In this document: positions 60,347-64,000 of the stretch, piece by piece
Layout: each line of letters starts with the position of its first letter
Numbering within the stretch: position 1 is the stretch's first letter
Source of the DNA: the human T2T-CHM13v2.0 reference genome, Homo sapiens
Assembly (NCBI RefSeq): GCF_009914755.1
Contig: NC_060947.1
Length of the DNA: 64,000 nucleotides
Reading direction: 5' to 3' (one strand)
Position numbers and translations under genes: made by a program
The notes under the pieces: model-generated
What the model was told of the DNA's origin: nothing
The model's database searches: none
Seen by the model: the letters and a program-made list of their open reading frames with translations, nothing else

Positions 60347-61185
60347 CTGAACAGAAAAGCTGGGAAGGTTTAGTTAAATGCGCATTTCTAGTACAGGAAA
60401 GAGCCAAGTAGAAAATCAGAGAATGTGTGTCCATCTGTTAAAGTTTAACAAATATAGGCTTTAAATTACTCCAGAATTATAATCATACCTCAGGCCTGTC
60501 ATTGTATCATGCCCTCTACAGATGATGACCATGGGAATGGATTCTGGTCAGTGGAATTTTAGGATGTTCACTATCTATTCAGTATTTTAGGTTCATTATC
60601 ATATCAGAACTTTCCAGATAATAACAAAATTACGAGAGTGTTCATTTTTTGGCCTTCCTGATGTGGTGAATGACTGCATTGCTTATAGGAATTCCATCTC
60701 TGCACCTAAACACTGAGATTCAATGCCTAGAAGTTTGCTTAAGTAAAACATATTTCCCTTATCTATGCATGTAGGTGTCTGATATTTGCCCATTGGAAAG
60801 TCATGCCTTTTTAAATGTGAACACTTCCAGGACAGGCAGTATACTAAATACGGCCATTCTTGAACACCATAGGGTAATTTGTCTCTTAGATCTCAACTAT
60901 GAGCAGTTCTCCATAGTCTGAGAAGCCCAACAGGAAAGCACTTAAGGGGAAAAGTCCAGATCTATCAGAGGAAACAGGCCTGATAAGTTGCTATCATGAG
61001 GATTTTCCAGGGCCAGAGGCCACCATGAGGGATGAGAAAAGGATGCTGTGAAAAGAATTTGAAAAGTACCCAAGACAAACTTGGTTTACATCTGGTTTTG
61101 CCTGTGGGTCAACTTTCTTCCAGCCAATAGAAACTCCAAGTCTCCAATTTGATGATGGTCGGGAATGCTTGCCCTGAATTCTTAC

Positions 61186-61308
61186 CTAACATTCAGCAGC
61201 CTCAAAGAGAAAGACATTAACTGAATTCTGAAGAGGCCTAAGACCTCTTGTAAATGTCTATATACTGAACTGTTTTTAGTGCTGGTATTATCAGACTCAC
61301 AGAAACAC
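61186..61308 (-). other. Candidate 123-nt internal exon
   Basis: Minus strand gtttaatgttttgtAG|G...TAG|GTAAGA; length divisible by 3; one frame open. Confidence 0.35.
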
Positions 61309-62675
61309 CTACAAAACATTAAACGGCTCAAAGTGGGCTTATCAAGAAATGCCATCATGGGAACCACCTTAGAAATAGTAAAACAGGGCACAAGGGGCAA
61401 GAGAACTATGTATAGGGCAGCTGACACTTGACAAGGACCCAACCTCCTCCCCGACCCTCTTCACTGTTAAGAGACACATCAGTAATACTTTGCTCTGCCA
61501 TAGCCTCTGATCTAAACTCTCTTCACCGCAGTTTTCTATCAGCCCAACTCCAGAACAGTGGTCAATGCAGAGAAGTTCCAGATTCGCATTTTTGAAGCAT
61601 TTTGAAATAAGGCAGAATAAAGTATTACTAAATTACATTTACTTTCTTAAAGAACAAAAATGATCATCCTTTTATTACTGTGCCATTTGTTGAAGATAAC
61701 CAATTTTAAGTGAGAGAAAACATTTTAATGGAAAAATTCATGCATCTCATTGTTATGAAATGATTGATGCCCATCTGGAAAGTATGAAATAAACAACACT
61801 GGTTTCATATGTTACACTAGGGATGCAGGATAGACATGAATAACTGGGAAAGAGAAACTTCTAATAATGCATCTTAGAATATGCCTCAGGATTTCTGAGG
61901 CACAAGAGAAACTAGTAAGCATTCTCTCAAAATTTTAAGTATTCTTTTATTAAAATAGAAGTGTTTTTCTTGTGTCAGTAACTTCAATCTTATAAGAGTA
62001 ATAGGTCTAACACAACGGATATATTATCTACATAATTCAAAATACTGATGGTATATTTGGAAATAAATTTACTCTATGTATGAAATATAACATTGAGCCA
62101 AATCAGAAATTTAAATTTCATTTTAGAATTACTAAATATTAGGATTAATATACTAGAGCATGAATAGCCTTCAAGTGAACTCCTAATGTGTGAATATGGA
62201 TTCATAAAAAAAGACATAACCAAGAAGTTTATGCATTTTATTAGAAGAACAAAAAATAAACATAGAAGTAGCATACTAAAATGAGCTGCATAATGTGCAC
62301 TTTTAAACATAAACAAGCACTACAGCACTATAACTTGAAAAAAAATCAAAGCGTCTGCAGTTGAGGGAATGAGCTATTGCATTTTGGAGGAAAATTACTA
62401 TGGGAAGAGTTGGTACTCATGAAATATTCTGGTCATTATTTAAATATGTTACACATGGCTAATAATTTTCTTATATATATTTTTAATCGCCATTTTCCAC
62501 CCAAATTATGTGCCTCCATTTTTCACATTATTCCAAATTGTTGTTATATGAATGCACAAAGTTAGTCCTTTAAAAAAGAATATATTTAGGAAAATCCTTC
62601 AAAAGTTTTTTAATTTAAATCATTGTAATTTGGGAGCATGGGGACAAATGGCTCATTTTCTGTTAAAGCAGCAAC

Positions 62676-62737
62676 AATAATATTAAAATATTATTAATAT
62701 TATAATATTAAAATAATATTAAAATATTAATAAATAA
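62676..62737. repeat. 62-nt pure A/T tract with direct-repeat/palindrome structure
   Basis: No G or C; an 18-bp palindrome lies between two identical 18-bp direct repeats. Confidence 0.93.
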
Positions 62738-64000
62738 GTTTATTTTGAAAAGGGCATTCATTCCCATAATCCAGTGATATGATGGTCATATCATTCTCTC
62801 AACTGCTAGACACAAAAGACATAGCAACAAAGTAATTTGTTTCCATCACTAACAAATAGCATCTCTACACAGAAATAAAGCTCTGGAACCATGCAGTTTT
62901 ATGACAGATAAATCTTTAGGTTGTGTGTTTTCAGAGAAAAAAGCACTGCTTAATAGTTAGGTTACTTTTAGGTCTTGTTACAGAGGTATTTTTTAAAAAA
63001 CTAATATGATGTAGATGCCTAGCAAGGATTTTGCAATATCTGCAAAGAGCTGCGACTTATTTCATAGTCATACATTTTTTTTACATATACCATAATTGTG
63101 GATGGATTCTATTTAAAGATAAAATTTCTCTTCAATAATCCAGCTTTTGAGTATTAGTGATTCTCTTACAGGCAAGAACAAGTAGAAGAGCTGGAAACTG
63201 CACAAATTAGTCAAACTAAATATTTTCTTGAGGTTAGTAATAGAGGGCTTTTTTTGGGGGGGGGCCTCAGTTACATCCATTTGTTTTACTTAATTCCCCA
63301 ATTTGTCTTATTTATTGAAACACAGCCTCTATGTTGAAACTCCAGAGTATGACCCCGTGGCTGTCAGCATGCACACCATGCCATCTATTCATGGGGTATC
63401 TTTTGTGATGCTTCTACAGTTATTCCTACTAATTTATAGGTGATTTTTCCTGACTTAAAATGTCGTATCTCTATTGACCTTAGAAAAATACATTCTTGAA
63501 TCTGGCATATTCACAAAGAAATGTCCATATCAGTACATAGGTTAAATTGGGAAATTATGTTGGAGATAAGGCTGAAGTTGGAGTTCCTAACTACAGAATG
63601 AAGGAATGCTTACATTTTATATCAATGGAAATGCTGGTCAGATTGTCAGGCTGTTTGTTGTATGGCTAACTCTAAGTGATTATGGGCTGAGGGAAAAGAA
63701 AATTCTAGCCAACTGGCCCTGAGGTATTGGACAACTGTAAGGCTTGGATTGCTTTCTGGCTTTGGCTTATTTTTCTTTCTCTGTAAATGAGAACTATCAA
63801 AACGAGTAGCAATACCAACTCCACCAACCCCAGGATGGGTTCCTTCTCTAGGTACTACAAGTACCTGTAGTGATCAAATGCTTAACCTTTCTAACCTTGA
63901 CCTCTTCTAGGCCTCATTGCCTGGGGGCAAAAAGAAAGTTAACTGGCTATCTATAGGTGGCGTGGGAGCTAAAATTGGCAGAGATGGTCAGATTGAAACA

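Noticed and set aside
61882-61902. TGCCTCAG/CTGAGGCA 8-bp hairpin; also CTTCATG-T-CATGAAG at 59686-59700
   Set aside because: Too short to exceed chance expectation in 64 kb.

Overview
Primate (human-like) genomic DNA, AT-rich and mostly interspersed repeats: Alu J/S/Y, L1PA/L1MA/L1M, L2, MIR, MaLR and ERV LTRs, Tigger3a, hAT MERs and one near full-length HSMAR2 mariner. I recognise no intact host protein-coding gene. All long ORFs are L1 ORF1/ORF2 or mariner transposase remnants, or chance frames. Repeat family names were assigned by eye from remembered consensus motifs, so subfamily labels and old-repeat boundaries are approximate. Main observations: (1) a 138-bp ungapped inverted repeat at 391-528/804-941 that I cannot assign to a repeat family, with 18 of 19 mismatches being transitions; (2) a perfect 21-bp hairpin at 22290-22356 with the signature of a templated fold-back insertion; (3) three independent 5'-inverted (twin-primed) L1 insertions, one with a ~20-nt inverted piece and one with a probable ~340-bp 3' transduction; (4) a repeat-free right end (~59.0-64.0 kb) with minus-strand splice sites and a poly(A) signal, suggesting the 3' end of a transcript entering from the right. 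None of this demonstrates a new biological system; these are leads to test.
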